Notes under the pieces: generated by a model
Seen by the model: only the letters and a program-made list of their open reading frames with translations
Database searches by the model: none
Told to the model about the DNA's origin: nothing
In this document: piece by piece, positions 1 through 11,037 of the stretch
Numbering within the stretch: the first letter of the stretch is position 1
How the letters are laid out: each line of letters starts with the position of its first letter
Made by a program: the position numbers and the translations under genes
Source: Syntrophales bacterium
Lineage (GTDB): Bacteria; Desulfobacterota; Syntrophia; Syntrophales; PHBD01
Assembly: GCA_963668175.1 (NCBI GenBank)
Contig: OY764159.1
Location: forward strand, 672,001 to 736,000
DNA length: 64,000 bases
Reading direction: 5' to 3'

Positions 1-326
1 AACAGGTTGGATGAGTTGATTTCCGTCTGGTTCCCGAGGATACGGGCCTCCCGGCCTTTAACAATAACGCCTCCCAAGGCCGTCGCGTTTCCCGTTACCA
101 GGGCTTCCCTGCCGAGGACCAGGGCATTGCCGACGACGGTCACATCGCCTTCCACCGTTCCCTCCACGGTAACCTGTCCGCCGATGGAGATAATGCTTCC
201 ACTCTTGGATCCTGCATCGACGACGACGGCACTGCCCACTTTGATCGTGAAATTCGCCGATGCGGCAGGCGTATGTCCCAGAAGCATTAGAAACGGGACA
301 AACCAATAAATAGCAATTCTCTTCAT
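1..326 (-). CDS. Exported protein with Gly/Val-rich beta-helix (bactofilin/polymer-forming-like) repeats; truncated by window edge
   Basis: Own translation from ATG at 326, not in ORF track: MKRIAIYWFVPFLMLLGHTPAASANFTIKVGSAVVVDAGSKSGSIISIGGQVTVEGTVEGDVTVVGNALVLGREALVTGNATALGGVIVKG... Signal peptide followed by VxGdv-type repeats; frame stays open to position 1. Confidence 0.6.
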   Translation of the reverse strand, partial: MKRIAIYWFVPFLMLLGHTPAASANFTIKVGSAVVVDAGSKSGSIISIGGQVTVEGTVEGDVTVVGNALVLGREALVTGNATALGGVIVKGREARILGNQTEINSSNL

Positions 327-353
327 ACGATACGTTCAGAAGGTTGTGCGTTT

Positions 354-995
354 TCAGGTCTTTTGCCGACTATGGCGGATATATTCCACAATTCCGGGCA
401 GGATGGATACGAAAATGATAGCCATGATAACGAACGTGAAGTTCTGCTTGACGAAGTGCAGATTGCCGAAATAATATCCGCCCAGGACAAACGTGGCCAC
501 CCAGGCAATGCCGCCGATTACATTATAGGAAATAAAACGTCCGTACGTCATGCTGCCGATACCGGCGACAAAAGGTGCGAACGTTCGGATAATTGGGACA
601 AAGCGTGCGATAATAATGGTTTTCCCGCCGTGTTTTTCATAAAATGCATGGGTCCGGTCGAGGTATTCCTTCTTGAAGAGGTATCCGTCGGCCCTTTGAA
701 AGACCTTCGGACCCAGAAATTTGCCGACCGCATAGTTTACCGTGTCGCCGATAATGGCAGCCAGGGATAGCAAAACGACAAGCAGCACCGGATCGAGGTC
801 TCCCTTGGCGGCGAAGGCTCCAAGACCGAACAGCAGCGAATCGCCTGGTAATATGGGGGTTACGACGAGACCCGTTTCACAAAATACGACCAGGAAAACG
901 ATCAGATAGGTCCAGCCGCCGAACATTTGGAGCACGGTACTGATATACTTGTCGAGATGAATAAAAAGATCAATAAATTTAAGGATGATATCCAT
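354..995 (-). CDS. dedA: DedA family membrane protein
   Basis: FCETGLVVTPILPGDSLLF, GDTVNY and IIIARFVPIIRTFAPFVAG motifs. Confidence 0.95.
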   Translation of the reverse strand: MDIILKFIDLFIHLDKYISTVLQMFGGWTYLIVFLVVFCETGLVVTPILPGDSLLFGLGAFAAKGDLDPVLLVVLLSLAAIIGDTVNYAVGKFLGPKVFQRADGYLFKKEYLDRTHAFYEKHGGKTIIIARFVPIIRTFAPFVAGIGSMTYGRFISYNVIGGIAWVATFVLGGYYFGNLHFVKQNFTFVIMAIIFVSILPGIVEYIRHSRQKT

Positions 996-1044
996 TATCT
1001 TTATGTCCGTAAGTTTGAGGACGCCATAATACAGAAAGGCTCTG

Positions 1045-2199
1045 ATGTCAAATATTAATCCAAACCGGAGCTTCAGGAAACAAATATTAACTCATATTCT
1101 TGACTGGTATACGAACTGCGGACGGTCTCTCCCCTGGCGGCAGAAATCCGATCCTTATCGCGTATGGTTATCCGAGGTTATGTTGCAGCAAACCCAGGTC
1201 GATACGGTTATTCCCTATTATTTACGCTTTCTTTCCAGATTTCCCGACATTAAAACGCTGGCGGAGGCACCCCTCGGGGATGTCCTTAAGGCCTGGGAGA
1301 ATCTGGGTTATTACCGGAGGGCCCATAATCTGCACCAGGCGGCCGGCGTCATCATGGAACGCTTCAGCGGTCGGGTACCGGAGACAATGGACGATTTGAT
1401 GGCCCTTCCCGGAGTGGGTTCTTATACCGCCGCCGCCATTCTCAGTATTGCCTTCGGTAAAGCCGCCGCGGCAGTCGACAGCAACATCCGAAGGATTATA
1501 TGCCGCCTCTTCGCGATCGCGGAAGCCCCGGAAGAGCCGGCGGTGCAAGAGCGGATTGCCGCTTATGCCCAGTTCCTCGTGCCGACGGACGGGCGGGCCG
1601 GATCTTTCAATCAGGCCTTGATGGATCTGGGGGCCACGGTTTGCACGGCGAGGTCCCCCCGTTGTGATGCCTGTCCGATAAGGCACGCATGCATCGCCCG
1701 CGCCCAGGGAAAACAGGATGTCCTGCCGTTAAAGACGAAGAAAAGGGCGGTTCCGCAGAGGCGGGGCGTCGCCGGCATCCTGCTTGACGGCGAGGGACGG
1801 GTTCTGGTGGTGCAAAGACCGAAACAGGGATTGCTGGCTTCGTTGTGGAAATTCCCGGGAGGGATGCTCGAAGGTGATGAATCCCCGGAAACGGGACTGC
1901 AGAGGACTGTGAAGGATGAGTTGGGGCTTCATGTGAAGCCCGAAAAGTCAGTTGCGATTATAAAACATGCCTATACGCATTTTCGGCTGATCCTCCATGT
2001 CTGGTCTTGCCGGCACGGGGATGGATCTGTTCAAGCATTGCAATGTCAGCAGTGGAAGTGGGTTTCCCCGAAAAATCTCAGCGGGCTTCCATTTTCCAAG
2101 GCCGACAGCATGGTGATTTCTACCCTCCCGTTCCTTGCGAAGAAGAAGCGAAACGCTGCCGGCTGTGGGAAAAGACATGCCGGGGCCACCGCGTCCTGA
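1045..2199 (+). CDS. mutY: A/G-specific adenine glycosylase MutY
   Basis: LPWR, VWLSEVMLQQTQV, LGYYRRA, HhH LPGVGSYTA, [4Fe-4S] motif CTARSPRCDACPIRHAC, C-terminal Nudix-like domain. Confidence 0.95.
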   Translation: MSNINPNRSFRKQILTHILDWYTNCGRSLPWRQKSDPYRVWLSEVMLQQTQVDTVIPYYLRFLSRFPDIKTLAEAPLGDVLKAWENLGYYRRAHNLHQAAGVIMERFSGRVPETMDDLMALPGVGSYTAAAILSIAFGKAAAAVDSNIRRIICRLFAIAEAPEEPAVQERIAAYAQFLVPTDGRAGSFNQALMDLGATVCTARSPRCDACPIRHACIARAQGKQDVLPLKTKKRAVPQRRGVAGILLDGEGRVLVVQRPKQGLLASLWKFPGGMLEGDESPETGLQRTVKDELGLHVKPEKSVAIIKHAYTHFRLILHVWSCRHGDGSVQALQCQQWKWVSPKNLSGLPFSKADSMVISTLPFLAKKKRNAAGCGKRHAGATAS

Positions 2200-2539
2200 A
2201 CAGGACCGATAAAGACACAGATTCCTTTCATCTTGCCTGATGATCGGTCGATGCTTATGATAATACTGCGGGGCGAATGACTGTCTTTACATATTCTTTG
2301 GATTACAGTATGTTCTGCAGTCGCATGCAGTCGAGATCGAAATCGCGCCACGTCGCTGGGGAATGATTTCCCGATGAGCCGGGCTGTAATCCAGATACGT
2401 CCCGGATGCGGGTTTTGACAAAACCCTGCGGGAGTTCATGGGCAAGAAGCACGCGCCCGGGACAGGGACTGGCGCATGACCGTCCGGCCGGTATGCAAAT
2501 ATTCCCTGATCCCTTGACGAAGTTATTCGGAATGCACAT

Positions 2540-3022
2540 ATGACAAGAGATAAGATTCCCGTGACCCCCGCCATTTTGATGCTCAAACGCAGCGATGCGA
2601 CATTCGAGTTGAGGCCGTACCGCTATGAGGAACGGGGAGGAACGCACGTATCGGCGCGGGAACTCGGCGTCGACGAGCATATCATCGTCAAGACGCTGGT
2701 AATGGAGGATGAAAGCAAGAAGCCGTTGATTATTCTCATGCATGGGGACAAGCAGGTATCGACGAAATCCCTTGCCCGGTTCCTCGGCGTCAAATCGGTT
2801 TCACCCTGTGATCCGCATATTGCCGAAAAGCACACGGGCTATAAAGTGGGCGGAACGTCCCCTTTCGGGACGCGAAAGAAGATGCCGATATATATGGAAG
2901 CATCGATCGCGTCTCTTCCCCAAATACTGATCAATGCCGGGAGCCGGGGGCTGCTCGCGGAATTGTCCCCCCGGGAGCTTGAGAGACTGCTCCATCCCGT
3001 GCCGGTGAATGTTGCCATTTGA
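2540..3022 (+). CDS. ybaK: Cys-tRNA(Pro) deacylase YbaK/EbsC
   Basis: IVKTLV, TGYKVGGTSPFG and INAGSRG motifs. Confidence 0.9.
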   Translation: MTRDKIPVTPAILMLKRSDATFELRPYRYEERGGTHVSARELGVDEHIIVKTLVMEDESKKPLIILMHGDKQVSTKSLARFLGVKSVSPCDPHIAEKHTGYKVGGTSPFGTRKKMPIYMEASIASLPQILINAGSRGLLAELSPRELERLLHPVPVNVAI

Positions 3023-3079
3023 GATGGTTTTAAATGGATCGGGCAAACGCAGGATAAGCATTCGGCAGGAGCCAGGATA

Positions 3080-3640
3080 ATGAGCCAGGACCATATGATC
3101 GTACGGTGTCTGAATTGCGGCACCAAAAACCGGATTCCGCAAAACCGGCTTCAGGAGCATCCGACCTGCGGCAAATGCCACGCACCGCTGGACGAGATGA
3201 TCATACGCTGCCTGCAATGCGGGACCAAGAACCGTATGCCGGAAACCCGCCTTAAAGATAAGCCGTTATGCGGAAAATGTGGGGCGCCGCTGGTCGTTAA
3301 GGGCGAGAATGATCAGCCGGTGACGATTACCGATGACGATTTTGACAAGGAGGTGCTTTCATCGAGCCTGGCGGTTTTGGTGGATTGCTGGGCGCCGTGG
3401 TGTGCCCCCTGCCGGGCGGTGGCCCCCATTCTCGATGATTTGGCCCGTCAATATTCCGGCAGCATGAGGGTTGCCAAACTCAATGTGGATGAGAATCCGA
3501 CGATCGCATCCCGGTATGTCATCCGCAGCATCCCCACCCTTCTGCTCTTCAAGGAGGGCAAACTTGTGGACCGCCTGGTCGGGGCTTTGCCCAAGGATGA
3601 GATCGAAAGACATATCGTGGCCGTGATGGATAAACGCTGA
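3080..3640 (+). CDS. trxC: Thioredoxin TrxC-type with duplicated N-terminal zinc ribbon
   Basis: Two CxxCGTKNR...CGKC repeats followed by a thioredoxin domain ([15 protein letters not shown]). Confidence 0.9.
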   Translation: MSQDHMIVRCLNCGTKNRIPQNRLQEHPTCGKCHAPLDEMIIRCLQCGTKNRMPETRLKDKPLCGKCGAPLVVKGENDQPVTITDDDFDKEVLSSSLAVLVDCWAPWCAPCRAVAPILDDLARQYSGSMRVAKLNVDENPTIASRYVIRSIPTLLLFKEGKLVDRLVGALPKDEIERHIVAVMDKR

Positions 3641-3731
3641 ACGCCCGCCACGGTTAAATACGATTTTGCCGGGGAGTTGCGCATACCGTCAAGGGGGGAT
3701 GCATCGCTCTCATTCGTGAAGAGCCCTCTCG

Positions 3732-4712
3732 TTATCTGACCTTGAACATCATGACGAATTGTTCAAACAGACCCTTGTGGAAATGTTCCCGCATCTCCTC
3801 GCCCATGAGCTTCAGGGCGTCGAAAGGCGCCATTTTCTGTTTATAAGACCTCTCCGCGGTCAGGGCGTCATAAACGTCGGCAATGGCGCAGATGCGGCCG
3901 TATATATGAATATCCGTTCCCTGGAGGCCTTGCGGGTAACCCTTGCCGTCATGCCTCTCGTGGTGCTGCAGCACGATCGTTTTGGCCTCGCCCGTCAATT
4001 GGTGTGTTTCGTTCAGGATTTTGAAACCCATCGTCGGATGACGCCTCATTTCCTGCATTTCCTCCTCCGTCAGTTTGCCGGGCTTATTGATGATGGCGTT
4101 GTCGATCTTTACCTTGCCCAGATCATGGAGGAAAAACCCGGCTCCCAAGGCATGCATGTCGTGACCGATAGAATTCCTGAAGTATTCCTTCGCAAGGGAA
4201 ATGGCAAGGACCCCGACGCTCACGGAGTGCGTATAGGTATAATAATCGTGCGACGTGATCTTCACGAGTTGAAACGTCGTTTCGGCATCGGTGAGGATGA
4301 GATCGACCACCTCCGAAATCCCCTGTTTGGCCTGCCTGATGGTGTCGGTTGTCGGATTCTCCAGAAGATTGCTCATCATGGTGATGGAGTGCCTCTGCAC
4401 GAGACGGGCCTTCTCTTCCGGGGGCAGATTCTTATCGTGGATGACCTCCTGGAGCTCATGGGGCACGACTCCATCGTTCATTATTTCGGGATTCGGGGGC
4501 TTCGGTTCCTCAAAAACCGGGAGTTCGGCCGTGACTCTGCTCTTGGCGGTATCTATCTTCACAACCTTGACGCCGAGTTGGCCGATCTGGCTGAGTTCCT
4601 TTGATGATGTGACGAGGAAATGATTTTTGAGAAAAGGATGTTCATGCCACGCGACAGGCAAAATGACGTACATACCTATTTTAAGGTCTGCCACTCGAAC
4701 ATCTTTCAGCAT
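3732..4712 (-). CDS. HD-GYP c-di-GMP phosphodiesterase with N-terminal DUF3391-like domain
   Basis: [33 protein letters not shown]-terminal LKIGMYV...W.EHPF. Confidence 0.9.
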   Translation of the reverse strand: MLKDVRVADLKIGMYVILPVAWHEHPFLKNHFLVTSSKELSQIGQLGVKVVKIDTAKSRVTAELPVFEEPKPPNPEIMNDGVVPHELQEVIHDKNLPPEEKARLVQRHSITMMSNLLENPTTDTIRQAKQGISEVVDLILTDAETTFQLVKITSHDYYTYTHSVSVGVLAISLAKEYFRNSIGHDMHALGAGFFLHDLGKVKIDNAIINKPGKLTEEEMQEMRRHPTMGFKILNETHQLTGEAKTIVLQHHERHDGKGYPQGLQGTDIHIYGRICAIADVYDALTAERSYKQKMAPFDALKLMGEEMREHFHKGLFEQFVMMFKVR

Positions 4713-4747
4713 ACAATATGCCCGATTTACATACCTGCGGCCGGGGT

Positions 4748-5248
4748 CTACTTGGAAACGGAACGCTCTCTTCTCTTCTCCAGTTGCAACTCCAGATTTT
4801 TCAGGAGCCGAATATCCTTCTTAAGCTGTTCGTTCTCCTGAACAAGCGTATTGCTTTCCGACTTATATTTCTCCAATTCCCTCGTAAGCCGTGTCTTTTC
4901 GCTCTGCAACTTCTCGATAAGCTGCAGGTCGGACTTCAACTTCTCATCGCCCAGGCGAATATTGTCGATTAAATGAATGAGCGTTTCCGAAAGGGTACGC
5001 CATTTACTCTTGGGATGGGCAATGACGAGCACTTCGAAATTGATTTTCGCCTTGATATAGTCGGGCTTCCCGCCGGCCTGATTTAAATAGGACAGGCCCT
5101 CTTCGAACAGGGCCGTGTCGTTCAGCGATACGTCCTTCTTGACCGGCTGTTGAGGAGCCGGAGCGGTCTTTTTTGCCGAGGAGGCGCACCCTGCCATGAA
5201 CATGATCAACAGGGCGATCGTCAAATATAAACCGGGTCCTCTGTTCAT
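4748..5248 (-). CDS. Lipoprotein with helical hairpin and C-terminal coiled coil
   Basis: Lipobox MAGC, HPKSKW hairpin, C-terminal heptads ending LKNLELQLEKRR; start overlaps upstream stop (ATGA). Confidence 0.75.
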   Translation of the reverse strand: MNRGPGLYLTIALLIMFMAGCASSAKKTAPAPQQPVKKDVSLNDTALFEEGLSYLNQAGGKPDYIKAKINFEVLVIAHPKSKWRTLSETLIHLIDNIRLGDEKLKSDLQLIEKLQSEKTRLTRELEKYKSESNTLVQENEQLKKDIRLLKNLELQLEKRRERSVSK

Positions 5249-6579
5249 GATTGCCCTTCCAAATCTTCCCGCTTGACGTAGTTACTGCCGGACAATGTTT
5301 TTCCGTATGTTTTTAATTCCGCGGCCTTCTTCGCCATGGATAAAGGGTTTTGGAACCGTGAACCGTCGTCGGTTACGATAGATGCCGTTACAGTGATCAG
5401 TGGGAATGATTGCGGCTGGCCCTTACGGTCCTTGCCGAGGATATACCCTTTCTGCCTGTCCTGTTCGCTGTAGTACGACTCGATGTAGCGGCTGAAATCC
5501 TGGACCAGTTTCTGGCACATCTTTTCCATCAATTCCGGTTCGGAGATCATGACGAAATCGTCTCCGCCGATATGACCGATGAATACGTCGTCGTGGCCGT
5601 TCGCACCGACGTGATTGGTCAGGATGTTGGCCACTTCCTTGATGACCTCGCTGCCCCAGGCATATCCGTACTTATCGGCGAAAGGTTTGAAATTGTCCAG
5701 GTCGACATGACAAAGGGAAAATGGAACTCTGCGGGCCAGCCGTTTTTCAAGTTCTTTTTCAATGGCCAGGTTGCCGGGCAATCCCGTAAGAGGACTCGCA
5801 TCCAGGTTCAGGGCCTCCAGGACCTTGAGGCGTTCGGCCATGACCGTAAAGGCATTTGCCAGCCTTCCGATTTCGTCGTTTCGATCCAGTTTGAAATCGT
5901 GATCGAATTGGCCTTCCGCGATCAATCCCGTCGCTTTCTCGAGCTTCTTCAGGGGTACAGATATATTGTAGGTAATCAATATGGCCAGGGCCAAGCCTCC
6001 GATCAGGCTGACGATGCTCAGGGCGATAGTCAGCCGGGACGCTTTGACGCCGCCGATATTGATCAGGTTCATCCGGCTGTCGATATTCTGCTCTGCTTTC
6101 TTCTGAATCGATTTCAGCTGGGACGTCATCTCTTCCACGGTTTTTTTGCTGTCGCCGTCGGAGAGCGCCATCGCCTCGGTCGCTTTATTCGCCTGGATCA
6201 GGTCCATCTCTTTTTGAAAAATCTCATCGTATTGCTTGCTTGATGCTGCCACTTTCGAAAATGTTTTCGACATCCCCGATGACCGGTACTGCTTCAAATC
6301 ATCCAGCTTGGTCGCGAATTCTTTGCTACGCGTCCAGAATATATCGGCCAGCGATCCGTCTTTCAGGATCAGGAACTTTTTCTCGGAGCTTTCTCTGGCG
6401 AGGAGAGAGTCCATAAGCGTCTTGCTGGTCTCGACGATGACGAAATCCTGTTCGATGATGGTATAGGCGAGGTCGTTGAGGTTATGAAAACTGTATACCG
6501 CATAAAGGCTGGCGACAAGGGTTAGAAAAGCCATGCCCAGATATCCGAGAAGAAGTTTGCGGCTTATCGTAAGCTTCAT
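5245..6579 (-). CDS. Membrane-bound diguanylate cyclase (periplasmic sensor-HAMP-GGDEF)
   Basis: Two TM segments, HAMP (PLKKL...DEIGRLANAF), DASPLTGLPG, DLDNFK, GHIGGDDF; start placed at MKLTIS (ORF track extends to 6600). Confidence 0.88.
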   Translation of the reverse strand: MKLTISRKLLLGYLGMAFLTLVASLYAVYSFHNLNDLAYTIIEQDFVIVETSKTLMDSLLARESSEKKFLILKDGSLADIFWTRSKEFATKLDDLKQYRSSGMSKTFSKVAASSKQYDEIFQKEMDLIQANKATEAMALSDGDSKKTVEEMTSQLKSIQKKAEQNIDSRMNLINIGGVKASRLTIALSIVSLIGGLALAILITYNISVPLKKLEKATGLIAEGQFDHDFKLDRNDEIGRLANAFTVMAERLKVLEALNLDASPLTGLPGNLAIEKELEKRLARRVPFSLCHVDLDNFKPFADKYGYAWGSEVIKEVANILTNHVGANGHDDVFIGHIGGDDFVMISEPELMEKMCQKLVQDFSRYIESYYSEQDRQKGYILGKDRKGQPQSFPLITVTASIVTDDGSRFQNPLSMAKKAAELKTYGKTLSGSNYVKREDLEGQS

Positions 6580-6852
6580 AGATGGTTTCGCTCTTATCAA
6601 CCGAAGTTATACGGGGGTAAGGCGTCCTGCGCTTCGTCTCCCCTGTATACATGGTTATATCCGCCCGATGAAGTTTATAAAGCGAGACAGCGTCTCGTGA
6701 TGCATTCACGAGGCTGGCATTACGTATCACATCAGAGGTGTTTCCGCAATTGAATTGACAACGGATTGGGAAGGCGCGGGCAAGAAATTGCTTGGCTTAT
6801 GTGAAGGCTCTCTGCTAAACAGGTTGACCAATTATATGCTCAAGGACGATAC

Positions 6853-7806
6853 ATGGCAAACGAGGTAGCGGAGTCCGAGCGGACGGCGATTCGCAAAGGA
6901 CTTCTGGATGGAATAAAAAAAGGATGGCGGGCGTTTCTCTGGATGATGAAGATCATCCTGCCCGTTTCCCTGCTGACTACTGTCCTCCAGTGGAGCGGGC
7001 TGCTCTCCAGTCTGGATTTTATTTTGCGGCCGGCCATGGCCGTCATGGGACTTCCCTCCCTGGCCGCGTTCCCGCTGCTTATCGGGATGCTGACGGGAAT
7101 TTACGGGGCCATCGCGGCGATGATCGTCCTTCCCTTTACGGAGACGCAAATGACCCTGACGGCCATTTTCCTGCTCATGGCCCACAACCTAATCCAGGAA
7201 GGCATCATCCAGGCCCAGTCCGGTCTTCATCCCGCGAAGGCCACGCTCTTTCGGATCGTCATGGCTTTTGTCACGGTCATGCTCGTCTCCCTTGTGATTC
7301 AGAACGGCGCCGCCCCTGCCGGTCCTGTGGCCTTGCCGGCGGCAGTACCGCCGACTTTTTATGAAACCATGAAGGAGTGGGGCGTCACGACGGCCTATCT
7401 GGTGATCAAGGTATTCTTCATTATCATGACCATCCTGACGTTCCTGGAAGTTCTCAAGACCATGGGATGGATAGCCTACGTCGTGCGCATCTTTTCGCCG
7501 CTGCTTTCCCTCATGGGCCTGGACCGTAAAGTGGGCATCCTCTGGATGACGGCCATCGTTTTCGGTCTTTCTTACGGCGGGGCCGTTATCGTCGAAGAAG
7601 CCCGGAACGGTCATCTCACCAAAGAAGAACTGGAGATGCTCCAACTGTCCATCGGGATTAACCATTCCATGGTGGAGGACCCGATGCTCTTTGTCGCTAT
7701 AGGGCTGAGCGCCTTCTGGCTCTATGTTCCCCGTCTCGTGATGGCGATTGTCTCAGTGCGGGTCGTGCGCCTATGGTATCGTTATTCCGAGAGAAATAGC
7801 GCATAA
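6853..7806 (+). CDS. Nucleoside-recognition (Gate) domain membrane protein
   Basis: Two hydrophobic Gate-like repeats (LRPAMAVMGLPS; FSPLLSLMGL...GLSYGG). Confidence 0.7.
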   Translation: MANEVAESERTAIRKGLLDGIKKGWRAFLWMMKIILPVSLLTTVLQWSGLLSSLDFILRPAMAVMGLPSLAAFPLLIGMLTGIYGAIAAMIVLPFTETQMTLTAIFLLMAHNLIQEGIIQAQSGLHPAKATLFRIVMAFVTVMLVSLVIQNGAAPAGPVALPAAVPPTFYETMKEWGVTTAYLVIKVFFIIMTILTFLEVLKTMGWIAYVVRIFSPLLSLMGLDRKVGILWMTAIVFGLSYGGAVIVEEARNGHLTKEELEMLQLSIGINHSMVEDPMLFVAIGLSAFWLYVPRLVMAIVSVRVVRLWYRYSERNSA

Positions 7807-7892
7807 AGTGAGGCAGGCCGTTTGCATTTACAATTGAAAACATCGACAGGATATGTTACGGACTGATCATCGCAGACATTAAGGAGAAGGTT

Positions 7893-10478
7893 ATGGAACG
7901 AAAATATAATCCATCGGAAATCGAAGAGAGGTGGCAGAAACACTGGGAAGAGCGGAATACGTTCAAGGTCAGGGAAGATCCCGGTAAGAAGAAATACTAC
8001 CTCTTGGAGATGTTTCCGTACCCTTCCGGTAAAATTCACATGGGCCACGTGAGAAATTATACGATCGGAGATGTCGTGGCGCGATACAAGAGAATGAAAG
8101 GCCTCAACGTCCTTCATCCCATGGGCTGGGACGCGTTCGGCATGCCGGCGGAGAATGCGGCCATCGAGCGCGGCATCCACCCGGCAAAGTGGACCCATGA
8201 CAATATTGCCGCCATGAAGGTCCAGTTGAAGCGGATGGGGTTTAGCTACGACTGGGACCGCGAACTGGCGACCTGCGAGCCGGAATACTACCGCTGGGAG
8301 CAGCTCTTCTTCCTCTGGATGTACGAAAAGGGGCTGGCCTATAAGAAAAGTTCCACGGTCAATTGGTGCCCCCAGTGCCAGACCGTGCTGGCCAACGAGC
8401 AGGTCGAAGCGGGATTGTGCTGGCGCTGCTCAAGTGAAGTCGTCGAGAAGTTTCTCGATCAATGGTTCTTCCGGATCACGGCCTATGTCGACGAACTCCT
8501 GGATTACTGCGATAAGCTGACGGGATGGCCTGAACGCGTCATCACGATGCAGAAGAACTGGATCGGGAAGAGCTACGGATGCGAGGTGTCGTTCCCGATG
8601 GCCGACGGCAAGGGGGACATCAAGGTGTTCACGACCCGCCAGGATACCCTCTACGGTGCGACTTTCATGCTGGTGGCGGCGGAACATCCCCTCGTCTTGG
8701 AATTGATCAAGGGCAAGGAACGGGAGGGTGAAGTCCGCGAATTCGTCGAAAAGATCAAGAAGCAGGACAAGCTGCTGCGGACCTCCGAACTGTACGAAAA
8801 GGAGGGTATCTTCCTCGATGCGTACTGCCTCAACCCATTGACCGGCCGGAAGATGCCCATCTATGCCGCCAATTTCGTCCTGGCCGACTACGGGACGGGG
8901 TGCGTCATGGCCGTGCCGACCCACGACCAGAGGGATTTCGAGTTCGCCCAGAAGTTCAATCTGCCCCTGATCGTCGTCATCCAGCCGCGGGACCGGGTTC
9001 TCAACACCCAGACCATGACCGAAGCCTACGTGGAGGAGGGCGTCCTGATCAATTCCGGTCCCTTCAACGGCATGGAAAACATGAAGGCCCTCGAAGCCAT
9101 TGCCGAGATGCTCGAAGCCAACGGCAAGGGGAAGAAGACCATTCAATACCGTCTCCGCGACTGGGGTATCTCCCGGCAGCGATACTGGGGGGCGCCCATT
9201 CCCATCGTGAACTGCGGGAAATGCGGAACGGTCCCTGTGCCGGAGTCAGCGCTTCCCGTTGTCCTGCCCGAGGATGTGGAATTCACGGGCGAAGGAGGAT
9301 CGCCGCTCCTGAAGCACAAGGCTTTCGTGGAGACGATCTGTCCGTCGTGCGGCGGACCGGCGAGGCGTGAGACCGACACCATGGACACCTTCGTGGAATC
9401 GTCCTGGTACTTTGATCGTTTCTGCTGTGCCAAATACGATCAAAAGCCGGGCCTGGACCGCAAAGCGCTCGATTACTGGATGCCCGTGGACCAGTATATC
9501 GGCGGCATCGAACACGCGATCCTCCATCTGCTCTATTCCCGTTTCTATACGAAGGTCCTGAGGGATTTCGGCGTGCTCGGCGCCGACGAACCGTTCCTGA
9601 ATCTTCTCACCCAGGGTATGGTCTGCAAGGAAACGATGCGCTGCCCCGAACACGGCTATCTTTTTCCGGGAGACGCAACCGACGGGAAATGCAATTCCTG
9701 TCAGAAGACCGTTATCATCGGCAAGACGGAAAAGATGTCCAAATCCCTAAAAAACGTCGTCGATCCCGATTATCTGATCAAGGAATATGGTGCTGATACG
9801 GCCCGGGCCTTCTGCCTCTTCGCATCTCCTCCGGAGAAAGACCTGGAGTGGAGCGATCAGGGTGTCGAAGGGTCGTTCCGTTTCTTAAGCAGACTCTGGC
9901 GCCTGGTCATGGATTACTTCGAAGACATCAAGGATGTGCCTGTTTATTCGAGCGATGCCGCGATCAACGGCGAACTCAAAAATCTCCGGCGCAAGATCCA
10001 CCAGACGATCCGCAAAGTCACGAGCGATATCGAGGACCGGTTCCGCTTCAATACGGCCATCAGCGCCGTCATGGAGCTTATCAACATGCTGTACCAGATC
10101 GAAAGGCCCGCCAAGGGCGATACGCTGGCGCTTTCCATCGTTAAGGAGGCCGTTGAGGCCGCCATCCTTCTCCTGGCGCCGATCGTTCCCCATATTACCG
10201 AGGAGCTCTGGTCCCTGTTGGGGCATGGAACGAGCCTGGCCGATACGGCCTGGCCGAAGTACGACCGCGAAGTGGCCTCCGAAGAGGAGATTACGATCGT
10301 CATACAGGTCAATGGCAAGGTGCGGAGCCGCATCGTCGTTCCCGCCGACGAGGAGGCCGACAGGATCAAGGCCCTGGCCCTGGCCGACGAAAAAACGGTG
10401 AAGGCCATCGGCGGCAAGGCGGTGCTCAAGGAGATATATGTACCGAAGAAACTCGTCAATATCGTCATTCAGGGGTGA
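7893..10478 (+). CDS. leuS: Leucine--tRNA ligase
   Basis: [13 protein letters not shown] (HIGH), KMSKS, GGIEHA, CP1 editing domain. Confidence 0.98.
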   Translation: MERKYNPSEIEERWQKHWEERNTFKVREDPGKKKYYLLEMFPYPSGKIHMGHVRNYTIGDVVARYKRMKGLNVLHPMGWDAFGMPAENAAIERGIHPAKWTHDNIAAMKVQLKRMGFSYDWDRELATCEPEYYRWEQLFFLWMYEKGLAYKKSSTVNWCPQCQTVLANEQVEAGLCWRCSSEVVEKFLDQWFFRITAYVDELLDYCDKLTGWPERVITMQKNWIGKSYGCEVSFPMADGKGDIKVFTTRQDTLYGATFMLVAAEHPLVLELIKGKEREGEVREFVEKIKKQDKLLRTSELYEKEGIFLDAYCLNPLTGRKMPIYAANFVLADYGTGCVMAVPTHDQRDFEFAQKFNLPLIVVIQPRDRVLNTQTMTEAYVEEGVLINSGPFNGMENMKALEAIAEMLEANGKGKKTIQYRLRDWGISRQRYWGAPIPIVNCGKCGTVPVPESALPVVLPEDVEFTGEGGSPLLKHKAFVETICPSCGGPARRETDTMDTFVESSWYFDRFCCAKYDQKPGLDRKALDYWMPVDQYIGGIEHAILHLLYSRFYTKVLRDFGVLGADEPFLNLLTQGMVCKETMRCPEHGYLFPGDATDGKCNSCQKTVIIGKTEKMSKSLKNVVDPDYLIKEYGADTARAFCLFASPPEKDLEWSDQGVEGSFRFLSRLWRLVMDYFEDIKDVPVYSSDAAINGELKNLRRKIHQTIRKVTSDIEDRFRFNTAISAVMELINMLYQIERPAKGDTLALSIVKEAVEAAILLLAPIVPHITEELWSLLGHGTSLADTAWPKYDREVASEEEITIVIQVNGKVRSRIVVPADEEADRIKALALADEKTVKAIGGKAVLKEIYVPKKLVNIVIQG

Positions 10479-10482
10479 TGCA

Positions 10483-11019
10483 ATGTCCGCATGCGGCAGG
10501 CAATTATTGACGGCGATCTGCACGGCCCTGGCTCTGGCTCTGGCGGGGTGCGGCTACCACTTTGCAGGCGGCGGCGAGAATATCGATGTGTCCATCCAGA
10601 AGGTTTATGTGGATACCTTCATCAACGGGACGAGCGAGGCCGGTGTCGAAAACACGTTCCGATCCGCCTTCATCGATCAGTTCGTCCGGGGAGGGCGTTT
10701 TAAACTGGTCGACAACAGGGCGTCCGCCAATGCCGCCCTGAAGGGCAACATCAAGACGCTCAATACGTCGCCCCTGTCCCATACGCTCGGAAGCATTGCG
10801 GCCGAGCAGCGGTTGACGGTCGTCCTGGAACTCGTATTCGAGGAGTCTTCGGGAGACAAGAAGGTTATCTGGCTGAACAAGGATTTTTCCTGCACGGGCG
10901 ACTATACGGTCGATACGTCCAACTCCAGCGCGACGGAAATCGGACGCAAAAATGCCCTCACCAAGCTGGCTTCCGACACAGCCGAGAGGGCATACAGTAT
11001 GTTGATGTCTGGGTTTTAA
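10483..11019 (+). CDS. lptE: LPS-assembly lipoprotein LptE
   Basis: Lipobox LAGCGYHF; directly downstream of leuS, the conserved position. Confidence 0.8.
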   Translation: MSACGRQLLTAICTALALALAGCGYHFAGGGENIDVSIQKVYVDTFINGTSEAGVENTFRSAFIDQFVRGGRFKLVDNRASANAALKGNIKTLNTSPLSHTLGSIAAEQRLTVVLELVFEESSGDKKVIWLNKDFSCTGDYTVDTSNSSATEIGRKNALTKLASDTAERAYSMLMSGF

Positions 11020-11037
11020 ACGGAGAGGCCGCCGTTC

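Noticed and set aside
2200..2540. Short overlapping ORFs between mutY and ybaK
   Set aside because: No recognisable motifs; they overlap real genes on the opposite strand.
6600..6850. c-di-GMP riboswitch upstream of the diguanylate cyclase operon
   Set aside because: GEMM consensus elements not found on either strand.
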